Below are positions 52,130-64,000 of a stretch of DNA of 64,000 bases, one piece after another. The stretch is from assembly GCA_018398765.1 (NCBI GenBank), contig JAHBMJ010000201.1, forward strand, positions 1 to 64,000. Reading direction: 5' to 3'. This DNA is from Chromera velia. Taxonomy: Eukaryota. The notes beneath the pieces were generated by a model. It had not been told where the DNA came from. It ran no database searches and was given only the letters and a program-made list of their open reading frames with translations. The position numbers were made by a program, and so were the translations under genes. Every line of letters begins with the position of its first letter. The stretch's first letter is position 1.

Positions 52130-53977
52130 TTAACCCAGATTGTGTCCGAAAATACGCTCCTCCTTACCTGTGTCAGCCTGACTCAGCCAAAGCCGATCGA
52201 AACACGGCCATTCTGAAATGAAAAAGTTGGTTCTGTACTTCGAACATAGTCTTTCTTTTGGCGTGTCTCGTCTAGACCTGCATGGCTTCATCGGGTTTCC
52301 TGCAAGGAAGGACAAAACAGGTGCATGACCGACATTAAGGGTACTTACTGATTGACTACTCGTTTCTTGCCATTTTAGCTTCTTGTGTCACCGAGTTTCG
52401 TCACAGGCTTCATCAATCAGACGCTGCCCGATTTTTGATTGACGGGGAGTTGCATGATGCAAAAAGAAGTAAAGTCTCAGTCTGATACCTTCTTCCGTTT
52501 CTATGGAAAACCCGTTGGACTTTCGAACAGCTTCATTTCCCGATTGTGCCACCTCATTCATGCAGCTGACCTTCCGACGTCTGTGTGGATCTGGAGCCCG
52601 AATTCCTTCTGTCCCTCTGTCTCCCTTTCCCCTCCTTCTCGGTTTGTTACTCGTTCTCGTTCTCGTTTCGGATCGGGTTCGGTCGACCCCCTCTCCACTT
52701 TGTGAAGATCCCGGAAACGCAGCTCGCTGCAGCTGAACGGTTGCTTCTGCATCAAGAAAAGTGTGAACATCAAATTATTCAGCAGAACTACCCAATCGGT
52801 TTGTTTACACTCACTGAACAGTTGGACCTGCATGCATCCCCACAGAGAAATTTGGAAAGGAAAGGAAGAACGCAATGCATGGAAGAGAGAACCGCACAGA
52901 GGGGCGGTCAAATCTCAAGGAAGACGACAGAAAGAAACCTGAGTGAATCCATTCAAACAGAAATCAGACCGATCGATAAATCCGGGATTCCCCCCCCTAT
53001 CTGACCTTCATCCCTGCATGTGCATGTGCATGTGTCGTTTCACCTACCCGGCTCGTCTGTCCCAGGCTCTGCGGCTGCGGTCTTCAGAGCCTGGAGTTCC
53101 GTCCAGAGGGCCACTATCGTCTCCTCAAGATTGAACTCCACACCCTTGCACTGCATGTAAGCAGGTATCCATTCATTCATTCATTCATTCATTTATTTAT
53201 TCATTCATTCATTTATTCATTCATTCATTCATTCATTCATTCATTCATTCATTCATTCAGGCGCTTTGAAGAACCTTGAACAAGAGCGCAAGAGGCTGAA
53301 CTGATGACTGTGAGAGAGAGCGGAGAACTCGCGCATACGTCCACATACAACGAAAAATACGGAGAGGCTCTAAAGATATGTGCTGGTGCAAAGCCGGAAC
53401 ACGCTTCAGCAGGGAGAGACAAGAGATGACAATCATACAGGTCAACTGATAGCTCCGTCTGTGTTTCTGCCTCTTTGTCTCCATCTGTCTGTGGTCGAGA
53501 GCTGAGGGAGACCAAAGAGCTTTATGCTGTCGCCCGAAAAGCTCAACTGACTTTGGTTTCTTTCAGCCCACAGCATCTCAATTCAGTGCTATCTGCCCTG
53601 TGCTGTATGTCACCACGCATCAGAGACAAATTCTTTGTAAAGATTTAATCTGAACTGCAGAGTCTTCCTGTGCAATAAGGAATTCGTTTAATTGCCTTCT
53701 CTTCTACCCACCCGGACTGCGAGCTCTCTCATTTGTGCCGTTACTGCTGCTTTGTCTTTTGCACTTCCTCCCTTTTGTTCGGAGGCCTTGCTTGCCTTGT
53801 ACCTGCGTGAGAGAGGACAGAAGGGAAGAAGACAATCGCCATTCTGGGGACACTTTGGTGGTGGTGCACCAATTCTTTCTGCATTGTTTGTGGAGAGGGT
53901 GAAGGGGGAGGAAAATATGTCCCTTCAGAGACTAGATCCTGTCAGTGGGATACAAGAGAATTGACTCAGACGGAGAG

Positions 53978-54024
<47 letters not shown>

Positions 54025-55805
54025 AGGGAGACAGCAGGTGGGGCGGACGCACAGCCCATGGAAGAGTTGAGAAAGGCACATGGAGGCTTGGGAGACACCC
54101 AAATAAACAAACGCGCACGGTCTTTCTTTCGTCAACAAACTTACTTACAATTCATCGACTGCCCGTCTGTAACCCTCAGCCCTTCGAACGAGCTCCGCAG
54201 CTCCATTCTCCCTCGAGGCTGTTTCTGGAGCCTTGGACTCTCCTTGAGAGGCCGTCTCCAAAGCCTTCAAACTGCATTCATTGAATTCGGATTGGATTCG
54301 ATGGTCATCTCTTTCATTCATATTTAGAAAACACAGCAGAAGATTTCTGTTCAACAGTCTATCAGGATGTTTGGACCCACGCTGAGAGGCCATGCAATTA
54401 TTTCGTCTTCAGACTTCAATTTGCACGCGCCCACGCATAGAGAGAGTAAAAGCATGGAGCAATGAAAGAAGGCAATAAACGAGGAAAGAAACTTAACTAA
54501 ACGAAATACGGCCTTTTGTGTTCGGGCAATATTCTTTTAAGGAGGAACAGAATTACTTAATTCAGGTGCCACGTCACCTTTCTGCACCCTTTCTTCTTCT
54601 CTCTCCTTCCATCTTTCTGTCTGGCCTTCTCTCTATGCAAGAACGCATACGCACAGCTCGCACGGTGAATATCCGACTTGGGTTTGGGTTGCCTGCAAAA
54701 CTGTGTGCAATTCGCCAGCCGTGAGAGGAGAGAGGCCTCTTCTCTCTCATGCAGCTGCAGTCTCTTGACTGACTGACTGACTGACTGACTGACTGACTGA
54801 CTGACAGTCGGTCCACGGCCCTCTCCTTCCTGAGCAGGTTGTCCTCGTACACAGTCAGAAGCTCCACGTAGACCTTCCGATCCTTGTCTGCAGGGTCGTC
54901 GAAGGAGAAGGAACCTGAGGATGAGGAGAACGACGCTGGGGCAGACACCGTTGTGCACGGCTGTACAAATTGAGTTGGTTGCTTTGGTTTTTCCTGTGCC
55001 ACCTGAGTGAACGCAGTTGGTGGGGTCCCGGGGGTTTTCTCCAGGATTTGGATTGGCGGTCCTGTTGGTTTGCGTTCTTTTGGCTTTGCTGTGGGGTTAG
55101 AGAGAGGGGACAGAGAGACTGTGGAGGGTTTCTTCAGACCGACAGGAGGTTGGGCTGTCTTGGCGAGGAATGATGACGGCGAGTTCAGTCTCCTGTTTTT
55201 GATTCTGGTCGCTTCTTGTGGCAGCGAGAGGAGGGGCGAGTCCGTTGTCTGCGTACAGGAGGAGAGATCAAAAACGCGCGCCGAGAAAGGTGTCATTGTA
55301 CTGCTGGCGGATTGAACACGAAGGACCGTAGGTATGTATTGATATAGGAGAGGCAACGACAGAGAATTGAGCGAGCGAGGAACGAGGGGTGCATGGTAAA
55401 GACAGGTAGGTAGGGAGGGAGGGGGGAAGTTCGTGCAGACGCACTCCGAGAGAGGGCGGACAAAGAGAATGAAGAAAGGAACACACAGAGCGTGATGGGT
55501 ATAGATGGGTGAGGATCGATAGGCGACAAGAGTGATCATTTGGGGCAGTCCTTGGCAGAAAAGGGGAAACTTTGTCTATGTGCGGAGGCACACAAAAAGA
55601 GAACTAAATCTTTGATTGCGACATGCACTCCCAGGTTTTTTCTGCTGACATCAAGAATCATCTCCACCTCTACGTCTGCAGCCACTGAGGGCAGCCCGAC
55701 CCCTTTGCCCGTTGGTGTTTCAGCCAGGGAAGTCATCAGAAGGAAGGGAAGCCACAGAAGTTTCCTCCAGCTCCCCTGACTCCTTTGTAGGTGCTTCAAT
55801 GACAT
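52130..55805 (-). CDS. Hypothetical multi-exon protein (P/S/K-rich region, then helical segments); ends approximate
   Basis: Coding-like exons ...FDDPADKDRKVYVELLTVYEDNLLRKERAVDRL|, ...AEGYRRAVDEL|, CKGVEFNLEETIVALWTELQALK with canonical splice sites. Confidence 0.55.
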
Positions 55806-56274
55806 GGAAGTGAGGTTAACGATGTGGTCTTGATCTAAGTCAGATAAGAGCGCCGTTTGTTGAAAAAGTGAGGCCCTTCCCCTTTCTTGTTTGTGCAGCT
55901 CAGTGCTCGAGGGGGGAGGGGAGAAATCGGTCAGCAGGAAGTTTCATGCACTGCTGAGTTCAACGTGTCTTTTTCGATGCGCATGCATGCCCTCAGTGAG
56001 CCAATCTTTCACGCCTGCTTGACGTGGGGATGCGCTTTGCGTCTTATGGTAGCAGTCTGTCCACTGATCTTTCGGGAATGTAGAAAGAGGGCTATACGGG
56101 AGTGGAAGATTCACACTCCGATGTTCAGTCGAACTGCATGACACGAAGTCAATTGAATGAAGCCTTAATTATATATAATTGCAGGAAAGCTTTAAGTTGC
56201 ATGCAAGATCGAGATGTATCGGTGTGCTTGGCGAAGTGCATGGAATGCAGCCATAAGGGACCATGCACCTTTAG

Positions 56275-56322
56275 GGCCCCGGCATGCCCTGGCTAGCTTG
56301 GATCACGCGGCATGCCGGGGCC
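56275..56322. promoter_or_regulatory. 14-bp perfect inverted repeat in a divergent promoter
   Basis: GGCCCCGGCATGCC-N20-GGCATGCCGGGGCC. Confidence 0.55.
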
Positions 56323-56640
56323 TCGCGCTACCGCGTGCTGTCGCGACTCGGACCTACATATAAGCACCAACCCGCGGCCAACGAAGTGGAATCGTGACTT
56401 GCACGACACCGTCGACACAGGCTATTCAGACGAAACAAACTCGACACCAAGTAGCGCCTTTGGAATCAAAGCGGTCTCATTGTAGTTCTCCGCTAACAGA
56501 GGTATCTTGACCGGCATTGCTGAACGAACGTGGAGTGCAACAGTAGGAGACGGCAGAGACGGCGGTTGCATTTGCACTCATTACCCCTTCGACCAATACG
56601 GACTTGCTTTGTCGCAACCAAAGAATATCTTTGTTGAGTA

Positions 56641-59600
56641 ATGAGCTCCAAGATTCGTGTGTCCCTGGAGGAATTGAAGCGGCTGACTCGCGAGAGTTTG
56701 CGTGCACTTGGGTCAGCACGGGAGATCGTGCTTGAGTGGAGACGGGGTGGCATGGAACCTTTCTCCTTCAACAGACTTGCAAGTCGATTTGTAAAGAAAA
56801 GAGAAATGGCTGAACTACTCAACGGAGTAAAGATGGGCATGCGTACTAAGTGTCTTCTTCTCTTGGCTTCTTGTCTGCAGGCATCATCAAGATGACTTGC
56901 AACGCATGGTGGAGCTTCTCGTCTTTGCGCAACTGAGGGGCAACAGCCAAGGAATCGTCAAAATGTCAGACAGAGTGGTGAAGGAGCGGGAACTTATACT
57001 AATCTCGTACGATGTCGTCCCGTTCTCTCTTTCGTGTATGGACGCGTGCCAGTTCTTTCTTTCTGCTGGTCTCTTTCGGCTTCCTTTGCTTCCCTCTTGG
57101 CTCCTAGGCAGTCAGGCTGAAGTGGTCAATTATCTCATCGCCCTTGTGAGATCCTCGTGCCATTTTCTTTACGCTCTTTTCTCAATCTCTACCGTTCCTC
57201 AAAATGAGTGGATGCAGTCCCAGCGGCGGGATGAACCCCCAAAAGGACGCAGGGGAGGTGGAGGTAGAGCACGAGACGCCGCTCTCGTGCATGCTCAACG
57301 CCAACAGACGGCCGGGAATGTGAGTCAGTGAGTGAGTGAGTGAGTGAGTGAGTGAGTGATTGAGTGAGTGAGTGAGTGAGTGAGTGAGTGAGTGAGTGAG
57401 TGAGTGAGTGAATGACCGAGCGAGCGAGTGAGTGAGTGAGTGGGTGGGTGGGTGGGTGAGTGAGTCTGAAGAGGGGATGGAGCACGTCTGTTTCCGATAA
57501 ATAGATTCCGGCAGGCGAGAAAGAAACAGGGTGATGAAATCGACAGAGGGGTCATTTGTAGGCGTTGTGGTTCGTCTTCACAAGGAAGCACGTACATGCA
57601 TTTCTTCTCCCTGTGTTCTCTGTCTGTGTTCAAGTTGCCTATTTGCACGCCCCGGCAACCACTTTTCTTTCTTTTCATTCTCTTCTCCCTCCTTCCTTCC
57701 TGCAGTGCAGGACTCTACAGGGCCACAGAGGAGGCATGCATCTACTTTCATACAGAATTCTTTTTCACGCATTATACATACTTTTCCCTCCTTCCTGCAG
57801 TGCAGGACTCTACAGGGCCACAGAGGAGGCATGCATCTACTTTCATACAGAATTCTTTTTCACGCATTATACATACTTTTCCCTCCTTCCTGCAGTGCCG
57901 GACTCTACAGGGCCACAGAGGAGGCCATGTCCCGTGCGAAGGCGCATGGTCGGTCAGTGAGAAGTAGAGTGCAGTAACGGAGAAAGGAAAGGATGACTGA
58001 TGGGTTGTGGACTTCAGACATGCGTTGTTCTAAGGAAACCGGGTGAGTTGGCAGAAGAAAAGAAATGCAGACATTTAGGGGGTCGACAGAGAAATGGGCA
58101 ACCATATGTAGGATTGGATGGATAGGTGGATCGGTTCAAGGGGGAGAGAAGGGAAAGCTGCTGCACTTCTGTCGCAAGAGGTCTGGGCGGAGGAGCATTC
58201 GTGTTGGTGGTTTTGGGGTCCCGAGCTTCATCCGTCTTTTGTTTATGTGTGTGCGTGTGTGCAGGTTTTGGATTGGTTAGTTGGTCGGTGTGTTTTCTTG
58301 AGAGAGGAATGGACTCTGACTGGAATCTCATCGTTCTCAAGCGGGCGGGGAAGGGCGGACTAGATGTGGAGGGGAGGGGGGGTGAGGAAGATAGGGGGGG
58401 CTCCGGGGGGACATTAAAATCTAAAGCAGTCATCGATCAGTGCATAGAGGGGGGGGGAAAGAGGAGAGGGATCCAGTGGATATTTGTTCTTCCATTTTGT
58501 CGCATCTTTTGTTCTCGCTTCTTTGTGGTTGGTTTTTCGTATGTTTCTTTGTCCCTCTCCCAATGTTTGATCTCTTCTTCTCGGTGTGCAGGCAGGGCTC
58601 CATGGGGTGTGCACGGGAACGGGTGCGATCGGATTCTACGCAGAGAAGATGGCAAAGGAGGGACTGGTGGGGTTCGTCTTTACTCAGTCTCCGGAACTGG
58701 TGGCGCCGTATGGGTGCTATGAGGTGGGGAGTCGGGAGGGAGGGGGAAGCTGTGTCAATCTCTGTTTTTGTCTCTCTTTGTCTTTGTGTTTCTTTTTCTT
58801 TCTCTGGCTGTCTCTATCTCTGTAGCCATTTCTTCCATGCTGCCTCACTTTGGCGCTGCACTCTGTTCTGTATAGCTATGCGCGGCTGCTCTGTTCTGCT
58901 CTGACGCACGCAGCCGATCTTCGGGACCAACCCGATGGCAGTCGGGATGCCGAGACGCGCCCCTCTGGATCCAATCGTGTTGGACACCGCCATGTCGGCA
59001 ATCGCCTTCTTTCGGTCAGCCTTCTGCCAACGTGAAAGAGAGTGCATGAGTGATCAGGTGTGGCTGTACATGTGACTGGAAGCCGATTGGCGCGCGTGTA
59101 AGATGGCTCTTCCCGTGCGTGCCTTCTTGGCCCGCGTTTTATGTCCGATCCTGTCAAAGTCCAACTCGGGGCACGAGGAAAAGCAAAATAGATTTGCCTG
59201 ACTGACCCTCTGACTGACGAATCACTCATCGAGGAATACATTCGAGCGAGTGCATGAGTGAGTGCAGGGTACACGAGGCCAAATGGAGGGGTGAGGCTCT
59301 TCCAGAAGGCGCGGCTTTCGATGCGGAGGGAAATGAGACGACTGCCCCTGAAGGCAAGTGCCCACACAGGAAGGAGACCTGTACATTAATACGTCACTTA
59401 TTCTTGCTTCACGTGGAATAGAGGAGGCAGTGAAAGTCAAAAATCAGGGTTGATGATTCATGCCAAGGCTGTGCTCAGCAAACTGCTGCATCGTGACCTT
59501 GTGGCATTCTTCATAGACCTTTTTTTCGAATTGGACTCAAGTGAAGTTCATTCGTCTTGTCTTGCTTGCATTCTTTGTTTAAAGCAATTACCGAGTGCGT

Positions 59601-61104
59601 AATGTGTCCGTCCGTCTCTCTCTTCACTGGTGAAACAACTTTCTCTTTGTTCCGGACTATTGATGGATGCTTGAGCTTTCACCTTCATATCATTCGAAAC
59701 TTCTTGCAGCTGCCTTGAAGGGTGCTTTGAGGGTTTTTGACAGGCAAGTAGTTTGTTTGCTTCTTCCTTCCTTCCTTCCTTCCTTCCTTCTTTCTTTCTT
59801 TCTTTACTTTCTCTTTTGAGTCAGGTCAAAATTTGCATTTGGTTTCAGCAGAGTGCGTCGATGTGCGAGACAGGCGCGCGTTGGATTTGGATGTTGTTTG
59901 GACCAACAGCCCGATGGATAGACGGTCTTTTCATTCCGCAAAAAGAGAACTAACTGTTTCAGATGAAGCTCAGCCCATTTGCCTTAAAGACACACACAAT
60001 CCATTTCGATTCGATCAAAATTCTTGTTCGTCAGAAGAAATCTCATGTCTGCCTGACACCTCGTTTGTCTGTTCTGTTGGCTGTATGGGCTTCCCTGAGT
60101 GCATGCAGGGGCTACAAGGGGAGTCACTTGGCGTTGATGGTTGAGGTCCTCGGGGGGGTTCTGGGGGGTGGAGCTGTGAAGGAAAAGAAGGTATTGGGGG
60201 ACCTGGGAAGGGTGTGGGGTTGGAGTGCGTCGTCAGACATTCTCTACCTGTCTTATCCGGCCTTCTTTCTGGCTTGCTGGATGACCTATAGATTCATGCG
60301 AGTGCCACCATCAAGCCCCTTGCGTGTCATGAGCAGGTGTCATCTCTCTTTTGATATGAGACTTGCAACTGACTCGTCGTAGGCACTTAATTATCTTGGT
60401 GTCCTCCTACATAAGGATGGCTTCTCTATTTCCCTGGAGGTGCTCTCCCTCATCCCGCCGGACCATGCGCTGAGTGCAGGCAACCCGAGACTGGGGCAGC
60501 ACCGTGTTCTGTTTCCGCATCGATTTGCTGGGGAAGGAGGGGGAATACTATGACAAAGTGGAGGTCAGTCAGGCAGGGGTAGAGGGGGGAGAGCGGTGGA
60601 CGGTAATTAATTCGGACACAGTAAGCCATGCATGCGACGCAACTTGCCCCAGAAAATCAACCGATAGCTGCCTCTGATTTCTGCTCGTGAAGAAGGGAGT
60701 TGTCTTTCTTTGATCCGGCCGCACCTTTTTTGAAAGTCGATACAAATTGAGGGGGACCTATGCCCACGGTTATTTTGCCGTGTGTGACTTGGGCTTGGTG
60801 AATCTGCAGGATCTCGTGGAGAGATTGAAGAGCGCAAAGAGAACGGAGGGCGCGCCTGAGCCTCTGTTGCCTGGGGAGAGGGGCAACAGGTCAGCTCGGA
60901 AGCTGCCTCTATTTTTCCCAAACGGTCCCTTCCTATAGGCGAGCGACTGCAGAAAGCTGAATGGATCCTTTAGTTTTTCTTGTGCATGAGACATCGGCAA
61001 GCCTTAGGTTCAGGCTGAGAATGCCCTCTTCTTTGCAAACTAACAAGAGTCAAGGTGCCTTGCACTCTAAATGTCTGTCTCTCACTTCTTTGTCATGTGT
61101 GTGC

Positions 61105-61141
<37 letters not shown>

Positions 61142-61282
61142 TGCTTCGGTGTGTGAAGGGAGTCTGCTGCCGCCCTCTCTGCTGGAGCCGTGGAGTTGGA
61201 CGCTCCCTTGGTAGAGAAGTTGAGGGAACTCGCCGAGAAGGGAGAGAGGGGGGAGATTGTGACAACCGCTGCAGCATTGTGA
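56641..61282 (+). CDS. Ldh_2-family (type 2 malate/L-lactate/L-sulfolactate dehydrogenase-like) oxidoreductase
   Basis: 13 exons: 56641-56711, 56881-56964, 57218-57319, 57896-57948, 58265-58275, 58592-58723, 58914-59014, 59268-59353, 59710-59743, 60109-60190, 60480-60563, 60810-60889, 61159-61282; motifs AQLRG, VAPYG..PIFGTNP, GNETTAP, GYKGSHLALMVEVL, LPGERG. Confidence 0.9.
57688..57925. repeat. 95-bp tandem repeat that triplicates a splice acceptor and exon start
   Basis: CCTGCAG acceptors end at 57705, 57800 and 57895. Confidence 0.92.
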
Positions 61283-62327
61283 TTTGATCCAACAGAACTC
61301 ATACAGGAGGCCCAGTGCTGCTACTGAGCAGAAATGCGAGGTGTATCTCTTTGATTCAAAGGACTCAAAGCATATGGAAAGACCCGCATCCGATTTTCGA
61401 AAGAATAGTCTTCAGGGTGTTTGGGTGTTCAGCTACTGGCTCATGCTACGCTAGTAGCATTTGAATGTGACAGACAGGCTGTTAAAGGACGTCTGCTGGA
61501 GACGCTTTTGCGAATCGCAAAGAATGCTCAAGCAATGCAGCTTTTTTTTTCTGCCCGGCATTTACGGGCGTCTTGTGCGACACCAGTGATTTAGATTGAG
61601 CAAGAAATGCTTCCCAAAGGAGGACAAATGTTTCGATACAGACTTTGCTTTCGGTTTCTTCTTCCATATTCGTCTTTGTGGAGTTTATGTCTTTGTGGAG
61701 TTGATGATCTGTCCTCCTCACAGCATGTGCATGCTTTTGCTGTCGTGTTGCATTATGTCTCTCACCGTTTCTCTCAATCAGTCAGTGGCCCTCCCTGCAA
61801 ACGTACCACTTGAATGAACTTTCCAGCACTCGAATTACAGCTTGAATGACATTGAGAACAGCGGTCGCACCTAGCTTTTATGGTAGATGCTAGGGTAGAT
61901 GCTTCTTCCATGATCGGCAGAACACTTCTTGTTAAAAAAAAAAAAAATCAGAAACTTTTTTTTTTCTTGTTTATATTTATGGAGTATTATAGAGTGCAAG
62001 GCCTGGATTTACTGGAAGAAACTATCAAAAGCTTAATCATATTTTTTCATTATATTCTACTCTACTAGGACTTACATTTTCTAGTATATTTTAGAGTTAA
62101 GTAAACGTGTTTTATTTATAGTCACTCATAGTCACTATATTTTAGTATATTCAAACAATCAGTAAAACGCAAAATTAATTCAAGTTGAATTAAATGCTGT
62201 TTGAAACTAAACTCATGCTCTGTTGGACTCAGTTTAAAAATGGTAGGATTGAACAGATTAATACTTCAGGTGAGGGATTTCATGAGTGAAATGAAAATTT
62301 AACCATCTGCCTTGCGTGTCATGACTT

Positions 62328-62432
62328 GCCGAACGCTAGACGCCTATTATGGGCCAAGAGCGATGGCGTATGATGATGGTGGCCTATAGACCGATCAATA
62401 ATAATAATAATAATAATAATGATGATGATGAT
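62328..62432 (+). mobile_element. Second copy of the LINE-like 3' end with (TGA)/(TAA)n tail
   Basis: GCCGAACGCTAGACGCCTATTATGGGC...GCGATGGCGTATGATGATG matches 1142-1193. Confidence 0.6.
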
Positions 62433-63645
62433 TCAAAATGAGATTGGCTTTTTTGAACAGTTCGAAGATGGGGAAGAATAAGCATCCAGCCCTCTCCTTT
62501 GACATGTCTTTCCCATCAGTCACACACGCTGTGCGGGCTTTTATGATGCCCGAAAACCATCCAGCAGGAGAGGGAGTGGATGACCAACCTGGTCTTCAAA
62601 AAGGAAAATTTGTTGCAACGTAGCTGTGAGAGCAGACTGAGTATAAAGCTTAGCAATGGAAGTTTATTCTCTTTCTTGTTTCTCTGTTTTCTTTCCTTTT
62701 CATCTCCCCTTCCTTTTCTCTTACAGATAAAAGATGCAAGCACAATGACCAAACGGTCTTTTTCTGAATTGTTCATCCCTCTGACCCTTTGAAACAGAGT
62801 GGACTCCAAAGTAGGACTTAGTCGAATTCAAAGTGACTTTTAAATTTACTATATTCTAGCTTCATTATAAAGTAAAACTAGGTTACTTAAAGCAACCTAA
62901 AGTTTTTTAGAGCATTTAAAATCTGCTCAAAAGACTGGTTGATTAGCTAAGGTGCATAGTAGGAAAAATTACGATCACCGCAGCATGTGGAAGTTAGTGA
63001 ATGTTACCTGAAAAGAAATATACAGACACAACACTAATAGATATGTTCAACAGCAATCAACTAGAAAGAATTGCTTCTTCTACAAGGGAAACAGTGCAGG
63101 AAGGAGGGCTTCACAGCTAGGCTGGTCAGACCGGACAGGAGGTGGTCAGCAGGGGTCGGAGAGGATTCCGAAGAACAGAGCACAGAGACAACATAATTCC
63201 ACCCTATGTTTTCTTCAGTTTTTCTTTTTTCGTTCTTTGACAAATTTCTTTTATAAGTGCCTAAGTGGTGCTTACTAGCTCAAAAGGGGAAACCGAATTT
63301 TTTTTTGAACGTGTCGTTTGTTTTTGATTTGACGACCGCAGCACCTCTTTCTCTATCTTGTCTTTTCTATTGCTGGGTGGTTCGATCAATCCGTGCTGCG
63401 TCCAAGGGGGGAAAAGTCAGAAAACATGCATATGAGCGTGCTGTGTGCCAGCTCTTAATAATTTATGTTTGTCTGTCCTTCTTCTTTCTGTTCTTTCTGT
63501 TCATGTCCTTTAAAGTTATCTTTGTGTCCTTCGAGCATATAGTCTTTTGACCGCTGTCTTTGGTCGTGATGTACCACTGTCTTGTCTTGAGGGTTTTTGT
63601 AGATTGAATTCGTTTGAGTTGTTTGCAGTCGTCTTGACTGCACAG

Positions 63646-63695
<50 letters not shown>

Positions 63696-64000
63696 CAGTC
63701 TCTCTTTATCTATAGTTTCTATAGTCTTTGCTCTTTTGCTCTCTCTTTTCGAGTGATCATATATTATGCTGCAATTCGTTTCATCTTTGCATATGAATAC
63801 ATGAATACAATCAGTTATCATTATGCTCGTTCATCATACGGGTGCCACTTTTCTGTATTCGTAGCGTACACATTCTGCAGTCTGTATACGACTTGCTGTC
63901 TGCTCTGCTTATATGTTTATCTCTCTTTTCTCTTTCCATCCTGGTGATGCATAAAGAGAGCAGGTATGAGGGATAAGGGGGTGAAAGAGAAGTTGAGTGA

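Noticed and set aside
61340..61721. Minus-strand TILSKIGC segment resembling an RTE reverse transcriptase
   Set aside because: Match is too short and no other RT motifs are recognisable

Overview
Intron-rich eukaryotic genomic DNA, most likely from a photosynthetic chromerid alveolate such as Chromera. That assignment is inference from plastid-type bipartite leaders, a chromerid-style LRR protein, abundant TGCATG(CA) and microsatellite-laden introns. About 11 protein genes are present: an RRM protein, a degenerate CDC48-like AAA ATPase, an OpgC/MdoC-like acyltransferase-3, an LRR protein, a plastid GpsA, an ORANGE-like DnaJ zinc-finger protein, an Ldh_2-family dehydrogenase, several hypothetical proteins, and one ~19 kb gene that I could splice by hand into signal peptide + ankyrin repeats + PMP-type beta-helix + Cys-rich + multi-TM domains. 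The most striking non-genic signal is a set of AT-rich islands, mostly between convergent 3' ends. They hold transposon debris (a TA-flanked MITE and LINE 3' ends) and are highly enriched in CTAG/TpA, which suggests RIP-like or non-CG-methylation-driven C-to-T hypermutation. The window also shows GC-AG introns, an 11-nt micro-exon, tandem duplications of splice sites and shared GC-rich promoter motifs. No CRISPR array, rRNA or tRNA was found. All exon models were built by eye without transcript data.
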